Shown here piece after piece: positions 1 to 13,854 of a stretch of DNA of 64,000 bases. Both the position numbers and the translations under genes were made by a program. Where the stretch lies: assembly GCA_051047955.1 (NCBI GenBank), contig JBPGPT010000004.1, positions 310,001-374,000 on the forward strand, read 5' to 3'. The DNA is from Cystobasidiomycetes sp. EMM_F5. Its lineage: Eukaryota. Below the pieces are notes generated by a model, which did not search any database, was not told the origin of the DNA, and was given only the letters and a program-made list of their open reading frames with translations. Position 1 is the stretch's first letter; each line of letters starts with the position of its first letter.

Positions 1-1053
1 CAGGCACTTCACTCCAGATTTCTTCCGCGACCTACTTGGCGGAAATCTGGTCGGGGGGAACCCTACGCCCGCCTGGAATATCTCCATGACGTTTGATGCC
101 ATGCGTCAGCAGAATATCAGTCGGTCAGTCCGTTGTTGCGAGCCGCTACTGACGAGACGACCTTGCTGAACCCTAGCTCACCAGCACCATCTTGACGCCG
201 TCATATCCGCAGACTCAGTGGGTCAGAAGCATCGCAACTCCTATGTATGCTGATACAGATAAGCAGACTCAACAACCGTACCCTCACCGTTAATACTGCT
301 ATGCGACTCAACGATTACGCAGCGAATTTGTCTCGCACCTACCCAAACAACATTAGCTGGTTCGGAGTTTTACCTCTGCCCTACATAAACGATACTCTGC
401 AAGAAATACAGCGCATTCGAAGTCTTGGTGCCCTTGGATATGCGATCTACAGTAATGCGGAGGGCGTTTACGTTGGCAATGCATCATACAAGCCGGTCTT
501 CGAAGCCTTGAATGGTCTTAACGCTACAATCTTCGTCCATCCACAGTCGCCGAGCATCGATTGTGGAGCTGGTGGTCGCGTAGGAGCCAATCCTTTAGGC
601 GAAAGCGTCATCCCCATCGCAGCGCTGGAATACTTTGCTGATACTGCGCGTGGCTTCACGAGTCTATTTCTTGGAGGGTATCCGCAAAACTACACCAGCC
701 TGCGATTCATTTTTCCACATGTCGGCGGGGATATTCCCGCGATTCTCGAACGGGTGATTCCATACCTCACTCGCTTGTCAGCAGCACCGACGACCGCTGC
801 CCAGATATACTCCATACTGAGATCCCGTATGTGGTTCGATTCCGCTGGCCCAAGCTACCCTCAACAAGTGGGTGGAATTCGCGGATACAGTGTGCCATGG
901 TCGCAATTTCTGCTTGGAACGGACTTTCCCAGCGTCGCTTTGGCAGTCGCCGTCCCGAACACTGCTGCCGTCAAGAATTATACCTTCCCTACAGCTCAAG
1001 ACCGGGATAATGTCTTGTGCGGTAACGCACGACGGCTCTTCGGGTCTATATAG
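1..1053 (+). CDS. Amidohydrolase-2 family protein (ACMSD / aromatic-acid decarboxylase-like), 5' end outside window, multi-exon
   Basis: Motifs FGVLPLP, IFVHP, FIFPHVGG, WFDSAG, LLGTDFP and C-terminal GNARRLF. An upstream exon reads HFTPDFF...PTPAWNISM before a gtcagt donor. Confidence 0.85.
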
Positions 1054-1304
1054 TGCATAACCGGTTTCATGTGATAGTCGACAGAAAACAGCGTCTCCGC
1101 TGAACTTGTATACGTCATAATTTGCTACAACGCTAATCAAGAATTTCTTCTGTTGGAACACTTCTCCCGCCACTACTGCCGCTGCTATCATGCAAGATCT
1201 GCGGAAACGAAGTACATGCGGTATCATGTCGTTTGTTGCGTTTTGCCCCTTCTTTGCACTGGCAATGCCTGCGATGATTTGGTCGCAAAGCGATGCAAAC
1301 TCCT

Positions 1305-1418
1305 GAAGGTATTGCTGAAGCGGTGATTGCTGCGGAGGCGCTACGCGACGCTAGCAGGTGCTACAGAAGTGTTATGAAGGTACTGCGAAGACCCACGAAG
1401 GTTCTATAGAGGTGCTAT
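1305..1418. repeat. Degenerate ~10-11 bp tandem repeat (consensus about GAAGGTGCTAY)
   Basis: Units gaaggtattgc, ggaggcgctac, caggtgctaca, gaagtgttat, gaaggtactgc, gaaggttctat, agaggtgctat. Confidence 0.5.
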
Positions 1419-1435
1419 GGATGCCAGACCATCTA

Positions 1436-3023
1436 CTATGATGTCAAGCCCCAAGCCTTGCGAGGCAGCTGGCGTACAACAATGTTGTACGCTAGGCCCA
1501 ATAGGCCAAGGATAATCCAGGCCAGTTGACCGCTCAATATTCGATTCTCTACGCCGACTGCATAGATGCTGGACGCTGCTGCTGGCGCTACTGCACGTAT
1601 GGCTGAGATTCCCGACAATGCGATTCCGTTGAGGGCGCCAAGTGCTGAAGAGTGCGGTACTATGTCGTTAACGATGAGTTGTGTGCTTGTATAGCTCATG
1701 CATACGCTCGATCCGAAGGCACCGAGAGCAGCGCCTGCTATCCAGAAGCCAGTCGAGGACATGCCCTTGCGCAAGGCCAAGTTGATGACAGGGTATGCTA
1801 GACTGAAAAGCGGCCAAACGACTCCAGCCCAGAGGAACATACCGCGACTGCCTATGCGTTTGTGCAATGGCGGAAAGACAACCAAGACCCAAAACGTTTG
1901 GCAAAATCCGCCGATTGCGAGGAGCAGACTAATTTGTTGTGGCGTCAATCCAAACCCCCCGAGACGGATGGGTGTGAAAGACATGAGCGGATTTACTATG
2001 CTCGAAAGTCAGTCTACGTAAAAGGAACGCTCCTAACTCAACTCACAAGCTGTATAAGAGAATGCAAGAAGCATCGTGCTGAGATTGATGAAAAGCACCA
2101 TGGCGACTCCTTCACTCTTCAACAGCTGTTTGGTGGTATATTCAGCTGCAGGCACGCGATCACCAGTCTCGCTTGTTTTCGTATGAAGGGTCTACGTATT
2201 ATGACGAAGATCAATCAGATAATTCCTGTGAGCATGACATCTCGCACTTACTTCCTTCAATAACAGCAGATCTATGATAGCTACTGTGAGAGCGAGCAGG
2301 CCTGTAAACATGCATGGCAGCAAATATGGATAGTCGACAAACAGTCGCCACTGGCGAAACAGAGAAAAGTTATCGGCAGGTTTTGAAAGTAGCCCGCCCA
2401 TTAGAGGCGCAAAGAATATGGCTGCATTGCCTGCAAATGCAAACCAACTGAATGCGGTCGCCTGCGTTTTGGGCGTGCTGATTTCGGCAGTCATTGTTCG
2501 GATTGTGACGGTGCTACCGGAGAAGAGGCCAGAGAGACATCGAAACATGATCATCTGCCAAGGAGTCTTGGAGAGTCCGAAGAGCGTAGATGTAATGCTC
2601 AGGCCAAACATAGATATAACTAGAATGCCTTTTCGGCCACGCTAGATGTCATCAGATTAAACGCCAAAATTGTGGGACGAGCGCCGTCAGGATTAGGTAG
2701 TTTGGGTAGTTTGACGCATCAGATGTGCTTACCTTGTCACTTAACTTTCCCCAAAACGGCATCACTAGGAGCTGCGTGAGGGAAAACAGAGATTCGATAA
2801 GTCCGACGTAAAAGCCAGCCTGGTCTTGCGGAATGCCCGTTTCAAAGACCATTTGCGAGCAGAATGGGAAAATACTAAAATAGGCCACGGGTTCTACGAA
2901 TCTTGAAAAGGCCAGTAACGCCAATTGACCTTTCGGCAGCGGCCTGTCGAGATCGTCATCGGTTTTGGGAAGAAGCGGTCTTCGCTCGTCAAGAGCTGTT
3001 TCGGATTGGATGTCGTCAGCCAT
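1436..3023 (-). CDS. Major facilitator superfamily transporter (ZIFL/tetracycline-efflux-like), multi-exon
   Basis: Hydrophobic ORF segments 2652-3023, 2192-2611 and 1436-1984. Motif A WGKLSDK..GRK, plus FRCLSGLFSG and YPYLLPC. Confidence 0.9.
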
Positions 3024-3346
3024 GTAATGATCAGAGTGTAGAGTACAATCAGCCTGAATCGTTCAGAGCCAACATGAGCCGGGGGCACATGAAGCTTCGT
3101 GCGATATGACTGCAGAAAATTGAAGTCGTGAACGCGCGCAATCATAACAAAACTAGAGTGTATATAACTTGCTCCAGACACACGCAGCTCTTTTGTCACG
3201 GTTTCGCATCTAATCTCCTTGTACCTGCGCGTGCCTGTGCTGGCCATTTGCAAACTCACACAGGTTGAGCTTCCTACATTTGCGCGACACAACCAGAACA
3301 GCGCTTGGTGCCCTCCTAGGTCTCGCGAACTACTCTGCATTCAACC

Positions 3347-4352
3347 ATGTCGGCCTTCTTTTCGAGCGTGTGGAACTACCTATTCGACGTGCTTGCGTCG
3401 TTTGGCCTGGGTACGGACACGTCGGCCGCATTTTCCCAGTACCGCAGCCTGAGGCGCTGATACTGCCTCTGTCCGCTGCCACAGTCAACAAGAGCGCCAA
3501 AATCCTCTTCCTGGGCCTCGATAATGCTGGCAAGACGGTGGGTTCTTTGACGAACTATTCGACCTGGCATTCTTTGCAAGGTCGCAAGGATCGCAGCGAT
3601 GATTTGGCGCTGATGCAAAGTGCTACATGTCCTGCAGACTCTCCTGCATATGCTCAAGAATGACCGAGTAGCCATGCTGCAGCCGACATTGCATCCTAGT
3701 GAGTTTGCCATAGTGGCGCATTCAAACACTTTACGAGCTGGCGCTGATTGTCCGACTGCACCACAGCCTCCGAAGAGCTGTCTATCGGTCAAATCAAGTT
3801 TACAACATACGATCTAGGCGGTCATCAACAAGGTTTGTGAAGGTATACGGAGCACCCATTCAGGCCATCGGAGATCTGATTGAGTCGCATCCAGCCCGTC
3901 GATTGTGGAAGGACTACTTTCCAGAAGTTGATGGTATCGTCTTTCTCGTCGATGCAAAGGATGTCGAGCGGTTTCCAGAATCCAAGGTTCGTACCGTACT
4001 TTGACGCTTTCGGCTCGCGAGGATCAGCCCCGCTAATGCGCGTTTATAGGCGGAATTGGATGCGCTGCTATCAATTGAAGATTTGAGCAAAGTACCTTTC
4101 CTCATTCTCGGCAACAAGATTGACGCTGCTGGTGCAGTCAGCGAGGATGAGCTCCGTCATCACCTTGGCTTGTACGCTACGACTGGCAAGGGCAAAGTGG
4201 ATTTGCAAAATGTGCGACCTCTCGAGGTCTTCATGTGCTCTGTCGTGATGAGGCAGGGCTACGGAGAAGGTTTCCGCTGGCTGGCGCACTGTAAGTCTAT
4301 GCTTTCTGACAGCGCTTGCTCAGCTACTGACGCTTCATTGGCAGACATTTAA
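3347..4352 (+). CDS. SAR1: COPII small GTPase Sar1, multi-exon
   Basis: [71 protein letters not shown]. Confidence 0.97.
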
Positions 4353-4707
4353 GAGTCACATAGTGATAAAACGAGCTGACGGGTGCAGCGTGCAGCCTGC
4401 ACGTTCGGAATATAGGAAAGGACACCATGCCGAGCCTATACAAACATGGATATACTTTTTTGTCCCAACGCGGCAGGATGGCAGTCTACGAGGCTACGAC
4501 TCTTACATTTTCACGTTGTTGGTATTAGATTTAAAGCAAGCGTGCGTTGCGGATGATTGGCTATTTGCAGAACTACACCGCCTGATCGGGTATGTCATAC
4601 ATGCGACCGTCTTCAAACCAAGCTTGTATGACTTGCAACCACTGCTGGCTTAACTCTGCACGACAATACTGCGCACACCTTTCGACTAAACGCGACAGCC
4701 GCTGGCC

Positions 4708-7700
4708 ATGACGGTGTTTCCATCCGGGGTGAGCGAGCACCTGGTCAAGCTGTGCCAGTCTCCGGACACGATAGCCTCAGAACTCGCTCGCAACCCGACG
4801 TCTACGGTTCACTCAGTCTGGAAGGCTCGCTGGCCAAAGCCGTTTGTCTTGAAACGCTTCGTCAATAGATGGACAGTCAAGCACGACCTCTGGCACGGCC
4901 GTGGTGATCCGACAACGGAAGACCTCGACAGGGCAGAGCAATGCGGCAAGTTTCCATACAGGCCGAGTGACTTGTTCCTCAAGGTGCGTATTGTTCATGC
5001 TCTGCCAAAGATGCGAAACTGAACAACTCATCCCGCCAGATCTTTTCGGATGTCCTGCTATGCCTTGAGCGAGACCCGCTCAGCGGAGTTTGCAGTCCGT
5101 CACTCATGGGCAGCAGCGCCGTCATGCCACTGTCCATCATCAGCGTGTAGGTCTTCTATGTTGAGCTTTACACAATCTTTGCGCACAACTCTGACTCTGT
5201 GACATCACGTGTATGCGACGTCCCCTATTCCCGGACATACATAGCATCCCCGACATAATGAAGCACTGTGAGCCGTTCACAGATGGATGTGTGTTTTGTC
5301 GCTGTTCTGACGATGCTTCTTCTCAGACTACGACTGTATCGTGCGTGCCGAAAAAGAAGTCATTCTGGCTACAAACTACTGGCAGAACTCAAACTCCAAC
5401 CGAACAATATCCAATGCCCTGCGGGAACTCTCCAAACGGGCCGCAGTTCGTGGACAGACGCGACTGCCCGTAAAGATCATGTGGGACCGTGGTACTTTCT
5501 CTCAATTGGTCGAGAATCATGCGCCAGTCAACCAGGAGATTCGCGAAGGTTTAGAGCTTCCACAGCTGAAGGACATACCGAATCTACACATAGAAGTAAT
5601 CAACTATCATCGGCCAATGATGGGCACTTTTCACGCTAAATTCCTGATTGTCGACCGCAAGATTGCAATGCTAAACAGTAACAATATTCAAGATCGACCA
5701 AATCTGGAGATGATGATTCATCTCGAAGGTCCAGTCGTCGAGTCGTTTTACGATGTCTTTCTGTATTCTTGGCATACCCAGCTACGACCCATGCTTCCAT
5801 GTTTATCGGAAACGCCGCAATGGGGCAAGACGCAACACGACTATCTGTTCCGTGAAGCAAATCCGTACCTGGAAGATATTCAGCTCGTCAAGGCTGCAAA
5901 AGCGGCGAGAGAGATGCTCAAACGTCAGCGTGGAGACGACGAGGAACTCGAAAAACTCCGGAAGCTACATCCTACAACCGGCGGAGGCAGGCTTCAAGCA
6001 TTCCTGGGTGGTCTTGGGGAGTCGAGAAGAGGTAGCTTTGCTGATGAACGCGTGCATGGAACCCATTCGCCGCCGAGGCAAAACAAGGAGAGCAGCGTCA
6101 AGTTCAGCGATATCGTCACGCGGGCTATGGAGTCTCGACGGAAAAGCTTTGCGGGACCCTCAATGAGCAGACCTCGAGATGAAGGTTCGGTTGCTAGTCC
6201 TGCTGGAAATGCAGTTACGGCATCGGAACCGACTTCGGCTGTACAGCCACACCCTGTGGAATCAAGACGTCGACAAAGTCTGAGCGAAGCATCATCGTAT
6301 AGGCTGCGTCGAAGTTTCTCGAATCCGGGTCAGACGGAAGCAGACAGGTTTGAGCAAATGACCAACTCGGATGCACGATATACAGAACACCTTCGAGCGG
6401 CACAGAAATCAGTAGAACATTTACCTAATTCAGTTCAAGAAACGGAGATTGGTTCTGAGAATGCATCTCGCGATGCTACCGTGCCAAGCCTCTCCTTCAC
6501 GACTGCGACTCCCGCTCATAGCTCTCCTAATACACCCATAGAAGCGGCAACTACCGCCATAGGTAACGAGAACATCATTCATACGAATGGCTACATGGAT
6601 GGAAAGCCTGAGATATCAAACGCGACACATACAGACCGTATATCTGCAGCGCACCCCGCTGCTGCTGCGACAAAAGAGCAAGGCAGTGGTGGGGCGACGA
6701 ATGCTAAGCGGATACCGATGCATATGCCAACAAATGGCACCCATGCCGATGGAAACTCTCAACCTCTTCCGTCACCTGGTGGTCGAAGTATCAATAAGCA
6801 GACGTCAAGTTTAAGTAAGAAAGGCTTCAAGCCCGGATGTGAGTTCACGTCGTTATGTCTCGACGAGGTAAGATTGCTGATGCGGATATGCGTTGCCCAG
6901 TAACAGCAGGCAGGCCTCGATCTAATTCTACCAAATCAAACAAGAGCAGCACTGGACCTCCTACGGCTCACACGCCGCGCCAGCGAGCTCTGTCTACTGC
7001 GCTTAACGCTGGTGCCCTCTCCGAAGCATGGGCGGCTGTCGATGATACCGATGTGCTTGACGAGTTCAACCCGCACACCCTTCATCACGCTCACGATCCC
7101 TTCCCAATTGCCATGGTCAATCGGAAACCGCATGGCTTACCAGGCCACCAAGATATCCGCGTACCCCAGGATGCCGCATGGCTAGCAGGCTTCAGGTACG
7201 CACAGAAGAGCGTCTTTATACAAACGCCGACATTCAATGCGAAACCTGTGGTGCGAGCGGCACTGCAAGCTTGCCGTCGAGGTATCCAAGTGACCATTTG
7301 GGCAGACTTGGGTTTCAATGACAAGGGCGAAAGCATGCCTTTCCAAGGTGGCACGAATGAGCAGGTCGTCGAGCGTATGTATAAGGATCTACGGCGTACA
7401 AATCATCAGAAGAACCTGCACGTCTACTGGTATATCGGTAAGGACCAAGTGCGGCCGCTGAATGCGGTGAAGAAGCAGAGAAATTGTCACGTCAAGGTCA
7501 GTCTCCATTCTTTCTGAATGCGCTTTCTTGTTCCTATACTGACTGTCTGCTCCTTACACCTTCAGTTCATGCAAATAGACGATGCAGTAGGGATACAAGG
7601 CAACGGCAATCAGGACACACAGTCGTGGTACCATTCCTGCGAGATCAACGTCATGGTAGACTCGAGGGAGATTGTACGCGAATGGATGGAAGCACTACAT

Positions 7701-7952
7701 CGTCAACAAAACACTCAACTATATGGCCGCTTGGACGATGATGGTATCTGGCGAGACAAAGCGACCGGTCTGACTGCCGCCCAGCTGGAAGACCGTGAGG
7801 AAGCTAAACGCCTTCAACGACTTGCTGAGGAAGATCAAGGAAAGGCAAATGCACCTCTACCTAATGGCCATCTTGCACAAGATGATGAGGGTGCTAAAGC
7901 TAGAGATTTTGCGGAACCATCGAAAGTTGCGCTTGTTGCCGCCAGCACGTAA
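4708..7952 (+). CDS. Phospholipase D/nuclease superfamily protein with two HKD motifs, multi-exon
   Basis: HAKFLIVD...NSNN and HVK|FMQID...GNGN (split by intron 7497-7565), with a long disordered region between them. Confidence 0.88.
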
Positions 7953-8578
7953 TGCGTCTAATTGACAGTGCAGTATATATATACCCTAAAATGCGGCCGT
8001 TTGTATCGATGGACAATAGGTAATACTGTGTTGAGATTATAGACATACACGGAGAAACAGATACTTTCGACATATTAGAGGAAGCGGCATGTGGAGCATT
8101 ATGATTTTTTGGTTATAGTAGAGGTCTGAGCGATGTGTAAATGATCCTTCCAAACGCGATGCATGCCGGTTCGTTGGGAAAACGAAAAGACAGGATCCGA
8201 TTGTATGTCCGCGCTCCTTTGTATATAACAAGGTAAGGGTGTTGGGCTGAGCGCGCGTCTACGATAGCCAGCCAGAGACGGCGAGGGACCTCAGCAGAAC
8301 CAGCAGTCTCACACGCCTCTTTCGAGTCGCAGGACGCGGTTTACGATGGCCGGGTCCTCCACGCACGTCCACCAGCGGTCGTGGTAGATATGGCTCCCAA
8401 CTTGGATATCTTCATGCCCTGTTTGCTTCTGTTTGGAAGGATGGAGAGCTGCAATAATGGTTTGGTTTGCAAATTTGTACTTGAAGGTCTTTGATCGAGG
8501 AATACAAACGCAAGCATCACCGCAGCGCTCTGTTGGCTTCCTCTGCAAACTCGCTGACACACTGCCATACTCTGGTCC

Positions 8579-11500
8579 ATGCTGCGTAGCTTCCTCGCTC
8601 AGCGATGTGGCCGCCTCAAGCTTCGCACAGCAACTTCTGCCAATTTGCCTCGCCGACGTGGCATCATCGCTCGTTCTGATAGCCCGTCAAAGCCCTCTTC
8701 ACCATATAACCTTCATACAGAAGCAAGCCCCGAAGCTGGTCCATCCACAATCCCCCTCTTTGCAAATCAGCTCTCTGTTGATACCGTTCCGACGCCACTA
8801 CCTTCCGCTCTACAAACGACACCCCTGTCCCAGCATGCCGCGTTTCCTTCATCTGGCACGTCGGAGCAGCTCATACTCCTGGATGTATGCCTCGCGACCG
8901 GAAACATCGCAAGAGCAAAGAAGATCTATCGTTCTTTGAGGGCAATGTACGATGACGAAAATAAATACACTCTTGCTCCAGACGAAGCACCTTCGTCGGC
9001 TAGAGTGCACAGCTACTCTCGGAGGAGATTACGCTTGGCCGATATTATACCCGTCGCCGTACATACCGGCTTCCTGAGGGGCATATTCCGGCAAGCACTG
9101 GTGCATAGTCAAGGCGGGTCGACCAACAAGCAGGCCAGGAAGAGAAGATATGTGTCCGAGGCTTGGGAATGGTTTGAAATGCTTTTGAGCGATGAGGATA
9201 CTCATGGGCAGCTGGATAATGCTGCTTGGGCTGTCATGTTTAAAGGCCTGGTAGCGTGAGCAACTAAGTATGGCCGACTTTTGCTCTTACTGATTACACA
9301 CCACATTTTCCACCCTTGTGCTGTTCGATGCAGTACGCAGTCAGTGAACCCACCCGCAGGGCTTGTAGATCCTGCGGCTCCGCACCTGAGGTCCATAGCC
9401 AGACTGTACGACCTCTCTGTTCTGCACCATCGCTCGCTACTCCATATTCTATCGGAGCCCATCTTTTCTTTGAATAGTTTGGCGAGCTTGAATGACCACT
9501 CCGGTGTTGAAGTGGCAGAAGAGTTGGCTTCGTCGTTGGCATCGGCTGGCAATACGGACGCTCTTGCAAGAGTAGAGAGCATACGCATACGTCTTCTAGA
9601 TGGCGATCAATTCGAGGATCGGCAATATCGCCCCTCAGTAGAGACTACGGCTCCGCCAGAGCCGCGGATTCCACCGCCTCCACTACAGCCAGCGCGAAGA
9701 TCTCTGGAAGAAGCCGTTCCACAGCAGCTAGATGCTTTAGTGGGCAACCTCAACTCGATACACGGTCAACATGCCACCACGACCGACCCCTATATTCGTC
9801 AGGAGCAATTGGAGGAGTCCGCATACGATGCAGCGCGGTGGCAGCGCCTGTACGATATGGATGTGCTTGGAAAGCTTGGACTGGCCACTGAGGTGAATCT
9901 CAAGTCGGACACATTACAGAAATACATGGCTTCGTGGCTGCCGAAATTGCGCAAACACTTGGAAGACTCGATAGCCATGACAGCGTCCGAGGTCGCGCTC
10001 AGCGAGAAAGAGGAGAGGGAGATGGTGGATAAGAGAAAGGTGCTCAGCGCAGGAATGCTCACCGAGCAGGCTGACGATGATGCCGCAATCCGAAGTTTGT
10101 TGCGCCTGCTCGACGCAAACAAGCTGGCTTTCATGACAATCGTCGAGATGCTTCGTACGGTCGGAGATATGTCTTTGGCTGCTGGTGGAGTCAGAGCTAC
10201 GCGAGCCATCGTTGAATTGGGCAGACACGTCGAAGACCAATTCGGGGCTGAGGCTTGGAAGATATTGTATCCGGATGTCTACGAAGCGACTATACAGGCG
10301 GCCCGCACGATTAAAGGAAATGCCGCTAGGACTTACAAGGCACAGAAGATTCGGCAATTCATGCAAGGGCAGGGCATCGAGGCCGGAGCTGTCAATGCTG
10401 CGCAAAGACAAGGCTACGGCGACACAGTAGCAGTGGAGATGGACGCAGGCATGTCTCATGCGGAGCGGCAGACGAGAAGACAAGTGTCGAACAAAGCGCT
10501 GCCCTGGAGTCAGCGCATGCGTGCTAAAGTCGGAGGCTTCCTGATCAAAGCTCTTTTCGAGGTCGCAACAGTCGAGAGAACAGCCACTCTACCTTCTGGC
10601 AAGATCGTGACGGAGCAACAGCCCGCGTTTTACCAGACTTTTCAGTATGTTATGGGCAAAAAAGTTGGTGTAATCAAAGCAAACGAGAAAATTGCCGATC
10701 GACTCGATAAGGAAGCTGTCGGAGCCGCCTTCTTTCCTCGCTATCTGCCGATGCTTGTTCCGCCGTTGCCGTGGACAAATTGGAATAGGGGAGGATACCG
10801 TGTACATCCTGGTAAGTCCCCGCTGCGTAATGGTGTGACAAGTGGCTTCGGTCCCTGACACATTCAATCTTACGCAGCGGACGTGATGCGTGTACGAGAT
10901 TCGCCCGAACAATCTGCCTACTTGCGCCATGCCAGTCAGCAGGGGTACCTCTCGTCAGTCTTTTCGGCTTTGGACGTACTCGGCCGGACTCCGTGGCGCA
11001 TCAATCGAGCAATTTACGACATTGTGACCACCGTATGGAACTCGGGCGAAGCGCTAGCCGACATACCAGTTGACTTGGCAGAGACTGTCATCCCGGATCC
11101 AGAGATTCCAGAGGGCACCGATCTGAAAGACCCGTCATGGCGGGAATGCAGACGTATCGAGCTGCGTACAGTGAAAAGACTACGCCAGAAGTCACACTCG
11201 CAGCGTTGCAATACAAACTATAAGCTGGAAATAGCAAGAGCTGTAGGTGTCAAGTAACATCATGCTTTAAGTGACTAGAAACTGATGTATAAGCCCTAAT
11301 TAGTTCTTGGGGGAGACATTTTACTTTCCTCACAATCTCGACTTCAGAGGGCGAGCATACCCTATTCCTCCCAATCTATCCCACATAGGCGATGATCTCT
11401 CGCGAGGCTTACTCGAATTTGGTCAAGGTCGTCCGCTCGGCAAGCGGGGCCTACGATGGTTGCGTATACAGATTGCAAATACCGCAGGATTCGACAAGGC

Positions 11501-13280
11501 TTCATTTGACGACCGTGAAGCTTTTGCTATTGAAAGAATGGCAGAAGTGGAAGACTCGGCCGATCATCCGCTGGATGGACGTCAATGGTGGCTCAAGGCG
11601 GACGATCCTTGGCAATGTCTTGCGACGTGTATAGACCTAACAGCTGCCATCAGAAGCGGCGATCCCGAGTCTTACGTGAGCTATCTCCCCATACAGCAGG
11701 ATGGAACGTGCAACGGCCTACAACACTACGCCGCACTCGGAGGAGATCAATTTGGTGCTGAGCAGGTCAATCTTGCCAAGGGCTCCAAGCCGGGTGATGT
11801 GTATACGGCTGTTGCGAACCTTGTCAATGCCGAACTGCAGAAAGATCTCGAATCTGGAAATCCCGCCGAGAAGGAGGTAGCTCAGTTGCTGCAAGGTAAA
11901 GTGACGCGCAAGGTCGTCAAACAGACAGTTATGACGACGGTGTATGGTGTGACGATGATTGGCGCCAAAAACCAGATTGAACGGCAGCTGCGGGATCGGG
12001 GTGATATTCCCGAAATGCACATCTTTACATGCGGAAAATACCTCGCTCTGAAAGTCTTGTCTGGAATTGGAGATCTGTTTAGAGGCGCATCGGCTATCCA
12101 GCTCTGGCTGAGCATCTGTGCGAGATTGATTGGCAAGTCAATCACGCTGGAGGGACTGGATCTCGGTGAGGAAGCGCCGGCAAAAGACGGTAACGCAAGA
12201 CAGGCGTCGCCTTTGGTCGAGAAGAGGAAGAAGCGTTCTCGACTAGGGTACATTGGTGCTAAACCGACCCTTTCAGACGCCTTCAAGGAGCCAATGGCCA
12301 GTGTCATCTGGACGACTCCCCTTGGCATTCCAGTAGCTCAGCCTTATCGCAAAGAGAAGAAGGCACAAGTCGATACTGCCTTCCAATCTGTCTTTATTAG
12401 CGATCCGAATACCCCTACTCCTGTAGACTCTCGAGCACAAGGAAGTGCTTTCCCACCCAACTACGTCCATTCGCTCGATGCGACTCACATGATGCTCACT
12501 GCGCTGGAATGTGATCGCCGAGGTTTGATATTTGCGTCGGTACACGACTCGTACTGGACGCACGCTTGCGACGTCGATAGCATGGCCGAAGCGCTCCGCG
12601 ACTGCTTTATTCAGCTACATTCGCAGGATCTGCTGGAGAGTCTGTTGAGAGACTTTAAGCATAGGTATGCAGACTACTACGTCAGACAGGGCGGTGTCTT
12701 TGACGCTGCGCTACGTATGGCGAGATCGAGACAGAGTCCCTCAGATAGAGAAGCTGCGGCAGAAACCGCTGCGGCGGAGGTTAACGCTGCAACCGACCTG
12801 GCGGGCCTTGCCAGAGAACTTGGACCATCTCGACTTCCTCCGCTGGTTGCTGCTACGCAAAAGGATGTGCTCAAGACAGCTAGCGATGCAGCATATGCTA
12901 GTGGCAAAGCGTCAGCAAGACGGACGGCTTCTGCCTCTGATCCATCGGAAGAAGACGCAGCTTTCATGGATGGAGATGACATGCGTGACGAGGATGTCGA
13001 AGATGACGATGACGATCAGCCGTCATCCCACATTGAAGCAGACGGGGTGGCTCTGTCTGACGATGTGAACAGCCTTATCGACAAGCGGGAACGCGCGACG
13101 CCGTCCAATAAGAAAGCAGGCAGCCGGAAATCTACCGGATCGTCTCATGTCAATCTACCACCCGAGATCAAAATCGGCAGACAACGCCTGTACCGCCTAG
13201 CCGACGTCTTCCCTCCTGTCCCACCTCGCGGCGACTTTGACCTAAACAAGATTCGCGAGTCCCCGTATTTCTTCAGTTGA
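8579..13280 (+). CDS. RPO41: Mitochondrial T7-like single-subunit RNA polymerase
   Basis: YLPMLVPP, HNLDFRGRAYP, QDGTCNGLQHYAALG, RKVVKQTVMTTVYGVT, FPPNYVHSLDATHM, SVHDSYWTH, terminal YFFS. Arg-rich N-terminal presequence-like segment. Confidence 0.97.
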
Positions 13281-13579
13281 TATTTATCCCTGCTCTATAT
13301 TTGACTGGACTGGGAGTATGAACAGTACATTGTCGTTGTATGAGTATCTGAAAGAACACGATGCGGGGCTATGGCCTCAGCCTTCGACCAATTGATCATG
13401 AACCCTGGCGATGGTCGGACTCGCCCAACTGGTTTCGCACGATTCGGAGGGTCTGTGGGTTCGATTGCAAGATCTACAGTACAAGCCAACCACCCAAACA
13501 AACGTGGCCTGATCATGATTGCGTGAGGTTACGTAAGGCACGGTTAACGGTTGCGTACTGATCCCCGGAGCGCATACAT

Positions 13580-13636
13580 AGATGGAGAGATGGAGAGAGA
13601 CAGAGAGGGAGAGAGAGAGAGAGAGAGATGAGAGAT
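13580..13636. repeat. Imperfect (GA)n microsatellite
   Basis: agatggagagatggagagagacagagagggagagagagagagagagagatgagagat. Confidence 0.9.
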
Positions 13637-13854
13637 GCAGAGATTAGTCATCGTCCCCCTCCTCGCCTGCTCTCCTGTCCCATCCCTGACCCCTGTGATG
13701 TCTCACATACATCTCCCTGACCTAGTGCCACCCTCCGAGACACTGACCGTTAGAACCGTCCATGTCTTTGGTCTCGGCCATCGACACTGCTGACGGATTG
13801 TCAAACTCAGTCGTCTGCAAATTGTATCAAGGCAACTCAGAGACGGGCTCAAGA

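Noticed and set aside
8579..13280. T7-like polymerase as a phage or linear-plasmid insertion
   Set aside because: It has introns and an N-terminal presequence-like extension, consistent with ordinary nuclear RPO41
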